Position numbers and translations under genes: made by a program. From NCBI RefSeq assembly GCF_003704095.1, contig NW_020847347.1, positions 124,001 through 188,000 on the forward strand: 64,000 nucleotides of DNA, given 5' to 3'. Below are positions 1-12,500 of the stretch, piece after piece (position 1 is the first letter of the stretch; every line of letters begins with the position of its first letter). The DNA is from Pocillopora damicornis (lineage: Eukaryota). The notes beneath the pieces are model-generated. The model was given only the letters and a program-made list of their open reading frames with translations. It made no database searches and was not told the DNA's origin.

Positions 1-2
1 AT

Positions 3-3000
3 ATGGCTGGAAGGATTTTTCTGAGGCAACTAATGTTATTTAACACCCTGAATTTTCTCACTCGTTTCGGTACTGCTGTAGAAAAGCTGGATGTCAACAT
101 TGCGGTGTTCTTTGACATGGATGACATCTTCCAGGAATATGTCTTCAAGTCGGCCGAACAAATGTTCCGATCAAGAAAAGTTGTAACTGGTAATGTGACT
201 CCTAATGAGTTCTTGTTGGAGATGCATTTTTCAAGGCCTAATTTAACCGATGTCTTTCCCCTCGAATATGGTTTGAGTGGTTTGTTTCCCAAGATTTCAA
301 ACATCACTTCTGACTCCCAAGGCGTAATCTTCGCCAATGTAACAAAAGATGGACTACTTTATTCCTCGCTTTTGGAGAGTTCCATGTTTCCATCAATTGG
401 GCTACTACAGAGCAGAAGGGCATTTCCCATCACACAGGTAAATTAAAAATTCATCTGTCTAGCTTCTTTGTTTCAACTAAACTCACCTTTGACGCCCGTT
501 AAGTGGTAATCTCAAGCGATTTTTCAATCTCTCCACTGATGTCAGCGAATTTCAATTTTTGGAATTTTTTTCATTACATAGGATATAAAAGCTTTATAAT
601 TTGGAAAAAATCTGTTAGCAGTTTGTTTCTTTTTTTAATTTATCTACCTTTCATCCATATAACCAGCCAAGTTAACATCACATTTGGGTCAAAAGGAATT
701 TAGAAATTCATCTCAGAATCTCGTCCCTCGCGGAAGCTCTTTTTCGCTCATCAGCAAAAGAGCGCGTAACGAACGCTAGGAACTTAATCAATATTTGGAT
801 ACTGCTGCTTTCACACTTTTGGATGATATTTACAAAATAAATACAATCGTTTTATTTAAATTTCATCGTTAATAAAAAAAATAAACATGCTTGAAAAAAA
901 TTGTTCGAGTAGATGCGATTGAAAAAAATTCAAAAATATTGTGCTATCAGATATCAACTTGGCTTAATAAATGAATTTAACCACTAGGAATACTGGCAAG
1001 AAATGAATATTTATACTAATGTTTATGTCTAATGTGATATCGTCAACGTGTGTTAGCGCCTGCCCATTTTAAAGCCGACAAGATCTTAGTGCCCCCTGCA
1101 ATCGCCTTGAAAAGCTACCTCATAAAATCTCGAGAAAAGGCCTAAAAAGAATTCTCCTTTTCCTTTCATTTTTTCGTTTTACGGAAACGATCAGTTATAT
1201 AACTTAGTTAATCTACCATTCAATGCGAAAATCCGAAGGATAGTCACTTTTGAATGACCAAAAAAAAAAAGAGGAAATTTCCGACAAAAAACATCTGCGG
1301 CTCGAAGTAATTTCGCCATCTATCTAGGGTTAATTAGACTAAAAATAGGTTGAATTAAATTTTCATATTCATTTTCAAAAGGCTAAAGAAAATATTCTTT
1401 CATATATTTAAACCTTTGAAACCTAATAATTCAGTGGGAAAGTAATCTAAAATTTAGATATTACATGTTTCAAAATATTGCTTGGCTTTTCATTAACATT
1501 TTTTAAGATTATGAATTTTGGGAAAAATTCATCTATTCTAAAGTCAGTTTTGCACCATAAAGGTAACAAAGCTGTCATTATTGTATCACGAATGAAAGCT
1601 TTCATGAAGAAATAGCTGGCGATAAAAGATAAGCACAATTCAAACAGAGATCAGACATATTAAGCTAGTAAACGAACGACAGGCGGTTAGCATAAGTTAA
1701 GGAAATCCTTTACAAAAATGATAAAATATGAATGAACCATTCCATTCCCGTCTGGTGACGAGCAGTTTAGAATTTACAGTTATTCAACAATAATTGTTGT
1801 TTTTTTTCTATATTGGAAGCTCATCGTTGACTTTCCTCATATATAGACGCTTGTTTCAAATGGTTGTGTGCTATCTAAGTAGCTCCCTTGTAGTTATTTA
1901 ACGAACGGCCATATTCATGTAGAGACAGTAATGTGTTCCATTGTGGTTCTCCAGAAAACATACCCCTTTATTTTACTGATTCGTAATCAAGACATTTTAT
2001 TAACAATTTTCATTTTTATTTGTGGCACTAGAGCAATTTAATTGTAAATCACTCCGGCTGATATGCTTATATGTATATCTGTTCTTTAGAGCAAATAGTT
2101 ATCCGACTGTGGCTGTTAAGCTTGAAGAAAACTTTGATGTTCGAAATAGTTTGCCTCGATTTCACTGCGAACAAGCCTCAGAAATGTTTCCGGTCCCCCT
2201 TTGCGGTAATAATTTAAAGGCAACACTTTCAACGCATCAGAAGCAAAACTAAACCCCATCACTGTGACATGACCAAAAGCGTTTTCCACTTTAGAATGGA
2301 ATCGCTTCCCCCTTTGTACAATATGGAGGAAACGTTCTGTGTTATCCCGAGGTACCCCCTTTATGCTATCCTATTCCTACATTTAGAGAGCTGCTGAAGA
2401 GCAACGGCTTTCGTAAACTTTCTTTGAACATGACTCTGAAATAATAATATTACGCTAAGAAATAAAAGTAAATGATCCAAAAGGTATTCAGTAATTGAAA
2501 ACACGGTGTATGCTAGCAGCTGCTTTTTCACGTATTGAATCTCTGTCTTCCACGTAAAAATCACCTTAAACGAGAACAACACCGAAAATATAGGTATGGT
2601 AAGAAAGAAAATCACCAAATTTAGGGAAAAAAAATCAACGCGGATTAGAATGGCTGGGGATGTAAAAGGTATACAAGGATTGAAACTTGAACAAATGTAG
2701 GCTGAATTTATCACTTCAGGTGCGCTGACAAATCGTGAAGTGCATCTATGGAAATCGTTTTTCGTTTGTTTGTTCGTTTGTTTCTTTGCTTTGATTGTTG
2801 GTCTGTTATTTTCAAAAGGAAAGTTCTGGCGGATTCACAAGAGTTGCAGCGCCATCAATAATGGAATATGCACAAGTAATGGTGAAAATTACGGAGAAAA
2901 TGGGCTGGAGGACCCTCAGTTTGGTGACATCAGCCACGTATGAGGGGCATGTATTTGCTGACGCTCTCAAACGCTTAGCTCAGGAAAAGAAATGGCGTGT

Positions 3001-6000
3001 ATTAACCTCATTATGGATTCAAGGAGACGAAAGTCTTCAAGAAATAACAACGGGACTTCTGCGCGTTATGTCAGCCAAATCGGATGTAATTATCGGGCAC
3101 GTTCGTGAAAAGAGCAACGACAATATGTTTTGGACGATTCAAAAGTTGCAAGCCATCGAGAATAGTAGCGTATGGCTCGTTACTAGGCCTACCACGTACG
3201 GTGTACAGAACATAAGTTCGATTCCAACTGGACTGACTCAGATCAGCTGCAAATTACCTGAGGTTGGACATGATTATGAGTTGTACGTAAAAGCATTGTA
3301 CGATTCTTTTGTCATGTTCGAAAGTGCTTTTAAAATTTCAGTGAGGACAATAAACAATGAGCGAAAACAGGTCCTGAACACTTCAGAGAAATACAAATTT
3401 CTGCGGAGAACGGCTATGATGTAAGTCAATGATCCATCTTAGAACTTGTAAAGTTTCTCTTTTTTTGGTTGTTTCATTTCACTCATTCATTGTGCAGATA
3501 CAGTTTAGCGCTGAGAGAGAGATAGCGTCGCTTCTCAGGAAGGAAGCACTGAACTAAGGGAAGTAGATGAGTGGGATAAGGGACGGATAGCTCCATTGAT
3601 GAGTTTGCAAAAGAATACTGTCTCCAAAGTGCAGCTGAGTAGGACCACGTCTCTGTGAGCGGTTCTCACAGAGATGTGGCGGTACTTGTCTTGTCAAATT
3701 ACTAGAGGTCACTTTCGTTTGAAAGATTTATGTATGGTACGTACAGAAAGCTAGATGAATCACTTCAATGCCAGGCAGTTCAATTTTTTTCCATCTTAAA
3801 CTGAACACTTTACCTCGACAATGTACAACAATAACCCAAACTCTAGTGTATCAGAAGTTTACGTAACCAGTCGTTGATTTGATCTTTTGTTCGAAAGTTT
3901 ATTTATTCATCTATCCTGGTTAATCATTCGTCAGGGGGATAGATCGCTCGTTCTTCTCTTTAATTAGCCCTCTTTCATCCTGTACTTTTTGTTCCTTATT
4001 TAGCCGTTTAAAGGATACTTACATAAGAGGTAGCAGCAAGCTTTTCAGAGCTCACGATTTATCAGAACAACACCATTCAGCCTTTGACATCTGGAATTTA
4101 AGGGAGGATCTCAATAGCAGGAAACATTGGCAACATGTTGGACTTGTTACAACAACTGGACTCGCATTAGAGCCCATTGCAAACCACAATGGTAACACCC
4201 TCCTTCCACCACTACATCCTAAGCACCCCGTCCTGCGGGTGCCTGTCGTCGAGTGGCCCCCTCTCGTGGTCTCAAAAGATCCAGCGTTGACGATGAGCCG
4301 CAAATCATGCGTTGGAAGAACTTTACCTTGCTATAAGTACTTAAGTGTCCAAAATTCTACGCAGACGACTAAGCAACTTCTTTGCTGCTATGGAGCGTCT
4401 ATAGACTTTTTGAAGTTTCTAAGAAGAGACCTCGGGTTTGATACGGAAATTTATTTCAATCTAGATGGGCGATACGGGAAGTTCGAACCCGTGAACAGCA
4501 CCTGGAATGGAATTATAAATGAAATTATCTCTGGCAAAGCGGATCTAGCTCTCGATGTGGCCGGAAACTTTGAAAGAGCAGGGGTAGTGGAATTTGCATA
4601 CCCTAGCATTGCATCAGCAATGAACATTTTGGTCAGGAAAGATCGCTCCTACAAGGAACAAGGTATAAGGTTATTTTGCAATGTAACCGGGTTTGCTTAC
4701 TTGCAAGAAAGTGTCCAGGCTCGATTTAAAATCAGATCAGTGCCGATATAAGTCGGGACTCAATTGGTCCTGATGTAACACAGTATCCAGTATGACATTG
4801 TTAGGAGTAAGTGAGAATACTTTCAGATAGTGTACTTTTTTATTTTTAATTTTTTGTCATCTTTTTTTTTTTTTGCAAAGAAACTCAATTGTGGAAATCT
4901 TTAAAAAATGTAATTTAAATACTTCTACTCTTTTCTCTATCAGTAAGCATCTGGTACTCTTGGCTGGAACCGTTCCGATATGAGCTTTGGATCGCTATCC
5001 TGGTGACATGTAACGTGATCCTGTTTGTAGTTTGGTGGCTTGACAGGAAGAGTCCAAAAGGATATTATGTCCTCCTCAAGGACAGTGACGAAGATGCTTT
5101 TACACTTCTAGGTAAGAAGCAAAGCAAATCCATATGGTTTTTAGCAAGGGATGGGAACGGGAAGAAAAAGATAAGGCATTTATCGCCCGGTAACCCTAGC
5201 CTGGGACATCTTTGTTGACGATTCGTACACTCTAAAATGTTTTTTCAACTTAAAAGAATGATGACTCGGGTCCAACCCGACTTATGATGACTCAGGTCCT
5301 AGAAGCTTTATACACAGCATAAGGGACTTTTCTCTCCGCTGGATGAGTGCACTCCTGAAAAGGACGGTTTTTGTTAGTGATGACCGACTTTCAGACAACC
5401 GAAGCAGGAGTCATCTTAAGGTCAGGTGTCTAAGTCAGAATAAAGTACCTTTACCTTAATGATGACTTCCACTTAGATTGGTTTGTCGAAACCCAAGTCA
5501 CCGTCACCGTCACCGTAAACGAATTCTTTTAGATGAGCCTTCACCCGGACGATCATGCTAACGCTATCGGGTTGATATCATTAACTGTGCTAAGACTTTC
5601 TTTCCAGACGCCATGAGTTATGTTTGGGGCGTGGCATTTAGTAAGGACATTGGTGCGGAAAAGACTCCACGCAGCAACAGCGCTCGTACCGTTTCCGCGG
5701 TTTATGCGTTACTGGCCTTGATCATGGTGAATACCTACTGTGCAAACCTCATGGCCTTCTTACTTGATGATCCATACAAACTGCCCATCAGTGGTGTAAA
5801 AGATGCCAAAGTAAGTGCCGTTTATCGAACCTTGTTCAATTGAGTATGAAAAGCATCAAGAATTGTAATGTGTTTGCTAGAACACGACCTCTAATTGGTT
5901 CAGGAAGCTTGCCTCACTATCTCCACCGATCAGAAGAAAAATGTATTTAAAACTTAATCAAACTCAGATTGCATTTTAGTTACTATTCATTCCCGACGTT

Positions 6001-8003
6001 AGACACCAAACGACATGATTCCCGTTTATGCCGGTTGCCGTTATTCCAATTGTACTCTCGTTGGCTCCTTGACTGTCCTGATCACATTGGTTCTGCTAAC
6101 TTACGCCCAATCGAAAAGCATTCGACTACTTTTCAATTTTTATGTGCAGCAAAATGCAGCTACTCTGACATTACAAAGACTGTAATTTCAGCTTGCGTTA
6201 AAAATAACCATCGCTATTTCCCAAGTTTATGACAGACTGAACTGATGAATTAGTTTTCCCAAAAGCGAGCGAGTTTAAACCACGATCTTGCTGTGAGAGG
6301 GCGCGAGGGATTTAGGTCTGTAAACATCCTATGGAATTTACCTTCAGTTAACATCGACGAGTTATTGCAAAAACTAATCTTAGCCTTAAGAAAGACGCGA
6401 AGCATTTGTCACCAAAAAGAACCGAAAAAAAGGAATTTGATGACATATGTAAAATTCGAGTCCCAATCAGTAGAGCTACAGATGCTCTGAAAAAAGAGCT
6501 ACGGACGTAATTTTTTCTACATCGTTTTTATTTTCTACAAAAAAAGGCTAAGGAAGGATTGCAATCCAAAGCACTAGTTCCAAAGACGTTTCAGTCCACC
6601 TCTGTCGTCTAATGTTATTCTCGTCTCATTTCAATAGCTCACCGAGAAGTCTCTTTACCCACCGGATGGTTTTAAACTCGGAGTCACACGCGGGAGTAAC
6701 GAGGAAGCATACTTCAAAAATCACGTCAAAGACTTTTTCAGGAAGATTTACCACGTTAACTTAAAAATACATCTGGTGGATGGTTTTCAGGCAGGGATAC
6801 AGCAGCTTACAAACGAGTATGTTTTAAGTAAATTATCATGTTTCTTGAACTTTTAGATCCGAGGGCTGGATATTCAAAACCAGACAACTTCTCATCGTGG
6901 TAGTTTGACAAATAACACACGCACAATCAATGAGTCCGCCACACAGCCAATGAGTAGTTACTCAATTAAACAAGACAGTGAGTCAGTCCGTAAATTGATC
7001 CGCAGCCATTTAGTCAATCAGTAATGCAGCTTGTCGTGCGGTCCATGAGTTTGTTTGCTAGTCAGTTAGAACTTGATCATTAATTCATTCAATTATTTCT
7101 GCAATCAGTCAGTAAGTCAGTCAGGGGTCAGCCAATCAGTTGATTGGTCGGCCAGACAGTAAGCCAGTGAGACAGTTTGACAGGCAGAGAAGCAGGTAGT
7201 TCATCACTAATTATGATTTGAAATAAGCTGCTCGTCAGTAAAGAATTTACTTAGTTCTACTAATTGCTGTTCGCAATATTTTCTATCTCAGCGAGCTGGA
7301 TGGACTTGTGGGTGACTACTTGTCTTTGAAGCAAGCTGGAAACAATGATGCGAACTGCAGATACAGCCTCGCTGGGGAAAACTTCTACAACTTTGGCTAT
7401 GGTTTTGTTTTCCCAAAAGGTTCACCATGGATAGAGGAAGCAACTTTGTCAGTGTTAAAGAACCAAGAGAATGGCAGTATTCAAGCTATTTTAGATTACT
7501 GGTTCAACAAGAAGGAATGTACCACGAAACCAGTGAAAGAACTTGGTCCCGAGAAATTTATTGGGTTATTTCTGCTTCTTCTCGGTGTAATTGGGTTCAG
7601 TATAATTTCTTTGATATCCGAGATGCTCATCATATTTGTGCTGGTTAAATTCGGACGTCACCTGGGTCCCATGGGAAAGTCTTTGACGCGCATGATCTTT
7701 AGTGTGCGCAAGGGAGAAGAAAACGACATTCATATAAAGTGGTTGCAGTTGTACAGGAGACATAAGAGCATGCGCCCAAACGAGGTACAATTCACTGAAC
7801 CTCATCACGATGTTTCGATTCGAAGAGCGAGCTTTTGTAACCTGAGCTTTGAGTATGCAAATGAGATGTTACCCTTTGATGAACAGTCGGTGTATCTTCG
7901 TAGAAGTCAGCTATTGGCAGTGGAAGATCTATCCCTTTCGGTTGGTGGGAATTCCGAATCAAATAACAATACCTCTGATAGAACAGAGAATTCGACGCTT
8001 TGA
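3..8003 (+). CDS. NMDA-type ionotropic glutamate receptor subunit (GluN-like), copy A, ~985 aa, 7 exons
   Basis: Exons 3-437, 2819-3420, 4004-4662, 4944-5111, 5608-5810, 6638-6816 and 7292-8003 join in frame (phases 0,2,1,1,0,2). Contains an NMDA-type Cys-rich S1 loop (PCYKY...CCYGASIDFL), WNGIINEIISGKADL, pre-M1 WLEPF, an M2 loop WGVAFSKDIG, M3 TYCANLMAFL (SYTANLAAF variant), S2 GYGFVFPKGSPW and M4. The ATG at 3 is followed by a plausible signal peptide. Confidence 0.93.
5340..5556. mobile_element. Degenerate inverted-repeat relic of a Penelope-like element end with decayed hammerhead-type motifs
   Basis: Left arm (GATGACCGACTTTCAGACAACCGAAGCAGGAGTCATCTTAAG) is an imperfect reverse complement of the right arm (CTTAATGATGACTTCCACTTAG...TGTCGAAACCCAAGTCACC). 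It resembles the element at 58140-58230. Family assignment is from recall, not a search. Confidence 0.5.
6940..7205. repeat. Degenerate (CAGT/CAAT)n simple repeat in an intron; similar tracts at ~10240-10360 and ~10640-10795
   Basis: Repeated TCAGTCAG and TCAATCAG tetramers. Confidence 0.7.
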
Positions 8004-9525
8004 GTATCAATAGATGATGTGGCTTTAGATTATACCACCACAAAACTGGCGAAATCATTGGGCAAATAGGCATCCCTTGTCACTTAGCACTCGTAGGGGT
8101 ACCGAAGTTAGTAGTACACCAACGAAGGCGAAAAAAATTAAAACTTCAATATCTGCCATGGCCGTATTGATAGGTTATACTAAAAAAAAATTTTAATTTA
8201 AGTCTTATGACAAGTCAAAATATAGCCTGGGAAATGAGTGACGTGCAGAAAGAGCATTAAGGCTATTCTTATCCTGATAATATAAGGACTACGCCCAACC
8301 CAGTGAAGTTAAGAGTTCAAATGGATAAGTGAGTAAAATGTTGTCCAAGCACATACGTTTCACTAATACCTTTCGTTTCAATTTGGTGCAATATTTGTAC
8401 CTCGACTAATTATGTGCGGGTCTCATAGCAAATACATGCGAAGGGAAAAGAGAGAAGAAAATGATCATCAGAAACAAGTTTACGTTGACATAAACGGCAA
8501 GAATTGAACTTTCAGTTGTGGAGCAAAAACAAAATTACATAAAATTGTCGCAAATGAGAGATCTTTCTGTATCTTTCCCAGGAGAACTCTCTCGGTCTAC
8601 ATGGAGTATAGGTGATTCTACAACCGTACATAACTCTGTCATAAAACTTGCAACACACTCAGTAAGAACGTCCCCCCGCCATGTGGAACATCAATTTTAC
8701 TGACATTTTTGGCCCAGTCAACACATGTTTCAAGACCATGACGCCTACCACACCAATAAATAAAATGGTTCCATTAAAAAATACGTACCATAGTATCTTC
8801 GCTTTGAACAAGTGTAGAAAACTGTTTCATTATATGAACTGTTCAGAAGTAAACATGATTAAGATGAAAAGTAGACTTTCAACTTTATAATTACAACGTA
8901 TGATTTTATACAACTTTGTATTATACCCATGTCTTTTTTACAGAATTGTTCTATGGTTCAAAGAAATAAAAGGAGAGGAAGTAAAATACAGCTATGCTGT
9001 CCCGTTTGTCCGTTACGGCCGTCAGGCTCTTTATTTAACATGCTTCTAAAAAGTAGCTTGTGCTGTAAAAATAAACAAACGCACAAAAGCTGATGGAACG
9101 ATTGTTACTCAAACGACTTACCCACAAGAACGCATTAGTAATAAACACATAAATAAATACTGACACACTTCAAGCTTTCACCCTTAGTCTGTTTTCACGA
9201 CGAATGTATGTAACAATAAAGTTGCATTTTAGCTCCACAACACATTCTTTACAGAGTCGACCAACTGTTGAAAACAATAAAATACATGGGGCAAGAGTTT
9301 ACTGAAACAAAAATTAATTAAAAAGTAAAACACAAGAGCTGGCTTCTTCCCGGTCCAGTGATTTTGCACCACGCGATGTAAAGTAGCCAATAGAATCACG
9401 CGGAAATTAATAGTGGGTTGCAATGTCACATAGACCATGGAAAACTAATCTATATTAACACATCAAATTCATCCATGATCTCCATTCCTTACATCTTCCT
9501 TTCTCACGTTGGTAAAAATGTAGAT

Positions 9526-12500
9526 TTAAGCCCAGGGATTCTTGTTTTGTTCAATTGAATCTGAGGGAAAAAATGGCATATTATTTAAATTGGTCTTTCA
9601 GTAAACTATCATCACATATCATATCCTTTAAAAATATAATATGTATCGAGAAATGAAAACTACGGGGGAGTTATTGAACTATCGTTCACACACCTTGTAC
9701 TAAGTCGTCGGCAGATTCTTCCACAAGGCTGTGTTTGTCAAAGAGACCTGGCAATTCGGGGACCGTGCTGGCCACAGAAGACTGAGATCTACGCATTGAC
9801 ACTTCCTGTGAACTGAGGTGAGAGTAAAATCAGAGAATCACTTGGACGACTATTCCAATCTAGGCACACAAATAAGCCTCTCTATCGACAAGTAAATACA
9901 TGAAAAACTCATTACAAACGTTGTTCTCTATTGTTTAATTTTACAGCGAAAAAACAGTTCGCCTCATCGTCCTTTCTTGGCCCTCTTCACATCGTGTAGA
10001 GAGTCTTTCTTAAATCATTATTGTTATTATTATCATTATTCTTTAGCGTTATGTGACAACCAAAGTACTAAGCAAAGACACAAGGCCATCAAACTTGGCT
10101 CGTTACTTTAGTTAAAAGTACCTCAGCTGTCGAAGCTCTTTACGAGAAACCCTAACAGGAGTAGAAGCTTGAGAAGGAACTCCCATTCCCTTTTCGGCGA
10201 GAGAATGCTTTAAGTTAATAGATAACAAAATGGAAGATATCAATCAATCAATCAATCAATTTGAAGTTCAGTTTGTCCGTACGTTGGTCCGTGAGTCAGT
10301 CAGTCATTTAGTCAACCAATCATTCAATAAGTCAGTCATTAATTCAAACAGTCAATCAGTTACTTATTGAGACAAGATAATTTGGTTTTATCAGATGAGT
10401 TGAAGATGTGAATTGGCCACCGTTCAGAGAACCTAAAGCCTATGTTCGAATGTTAGACCCTTTTAGAGCGCGGATTTGCTCTGACGAAAGGCTGAAGCTG
10501 GAACCTCAGCTTTAAAAACTCTTTACGGTGGACAATTCACATTATAAACTCAATTGATGAAACCAAATTATATTGTAATACGCCCCACCAACGCAGCACC
10601 ATAGTTTATTTAAAGACTTACCCTTATTATTCAGTTATTGAGACAGTCAGTGAGCAAGTCGATCAGTCAACAATCCAGTCTGTCGGTCAATCAGTCAGTC
10701 ATTTACTCAGTAAGTCAAACAGTCAATCAGGCACAAAGTCAGTCTGTCAGTCAGTGAGTAAAACAGTTATTTTATTAGTCAGTCAGTCAGTGGACAATAA
10801 GCTAACTAACCAACGGCAAAAAATTAAAAAATGTTAGAGAGTAACCAAGGAATTACAAAGCCAAAGAGGAAAACAAGACACCCAACGTAGGATACCCAAA
10901 ATGCAGGCCAAAAAGGAAGCCAACAGTCATTCTTACAAAATCACCAGGGGAATATTTACCTTCATACGGGAAACGTCTGTCGCTAATTGCTTGGTGTAGA
11001 CATCTGTACTTTTATGCTGAGCTTCCACTTCACTACTGGCCATAAAAACATCCGATTCAACACTGGTACCCATTCCAGACACCATCTTCTCTCGCAGTTT
11101 CTTTTTCAGGTCGCGGCTTGTTTTCTTGTAGTAATACAGATCTTTCTCCAACTGTTGGGCTCTATTTTCAAGTTCACTGCGATAAAAGAGAAATATTTGG
11201 TTTAGTTTACATGCTATCACAATTGTATCATTTTCTTTGTGTCCGTACGACTGCAGATCTTCATTTCACCCTCAAGACAGGACATAACCTTTTATCTACA
11301 TACAGTATTTTTCTACGTGAGCTATGGTAGACATCACTCTTGGCTGAATTACACTTCAACGCTATGCTTACATTATTTCTTTCAAACAAATGCGACAAAA
11401 CCAAACACAAATATTAAAAAACAACAAAAACAACTACACGGTATACCAGCGAAAAAGGGTGACTTAAATTCTGCATTTCAAACTAAATCAAATATGACCC
11501 GGATTGTTGTTACGTTTTTCAATAAGGTACCTTATTCTCTCATCTGGTGTCTCATTTAACTCAGCATCACGAAGTTTGTTCATTAAGAACTGTATCCTCT
11601 GTTCGTATTTCTTTTGATGCTCCACTAGCCTTCGGTCCCCTTTTATTCCAGCTTGCTGCAATCCACGACCTAGTTCACCAATGATCCGTTCTTGCTCGGT
11701 TATACGAACCTGGCGAAATTCAATGTAAAAAAATGGTAAGTAACATACTCGTGTTGCAAAGTAATCTACAAAATTTAATCTCAGATGGAAGCAAAACATT
11801 CTCACGGAGGGAGAGCCAGTTTTCGCTGTTCTATCCTTTTGCTGATTATGTATTTATTTTTCTCCGAAGAGGAAGACGAATTATCATCAGACTGCCTTTC
11901 ATACGTTACCCCATCGCTGATTCATTTATACTTACCTCCAAATCGCTACAATGCAGCTCCAGTTTCTTCTCACTTCCCCGTAACTCGACAACTTTCTCAA
12001 AGTATTTTGACAACAGGGCGGTGGCTTCCCTTTGTGAGAGGTTACTCAGCTTGTTCATCAGTCCTTCTCGGTCTTTGTCTGTAAGAAGTTTACCACCGTC
12101 CAATTCTTTTTGTTGGGTAGCAATTCCATCGTTTTTAAACTCGATCGCAGCTTCTAGCGCGTCGATACCTTCGTCTAATTCAATAAGCCTGGACAGAACA
12201 GAAGCATATCTCAATAGTGTTTGGTTTTGCTTCAACCAAAAAACCTCGGTATGATAAAAAATGACTTTGGTTGCTGTTAAAACGATCGATTGATCTTCAT
12301 TACATGAACCTCATGTCAGTCATGAGATTTTATTAGGATTACTCCCCAGAAGTGATATATATTTATTAACTCTCGTCACCTGTCAGCTTTACGGTGTATT
12401 GATAACGATTCTGAGAGCTAGGGGGTTTAAATATGTCTACTTTACCTCCTTTCTTCCTTTGGATCTAACAAGGAGCCTTCCTGTAGTTTCTGCTCCAAAA

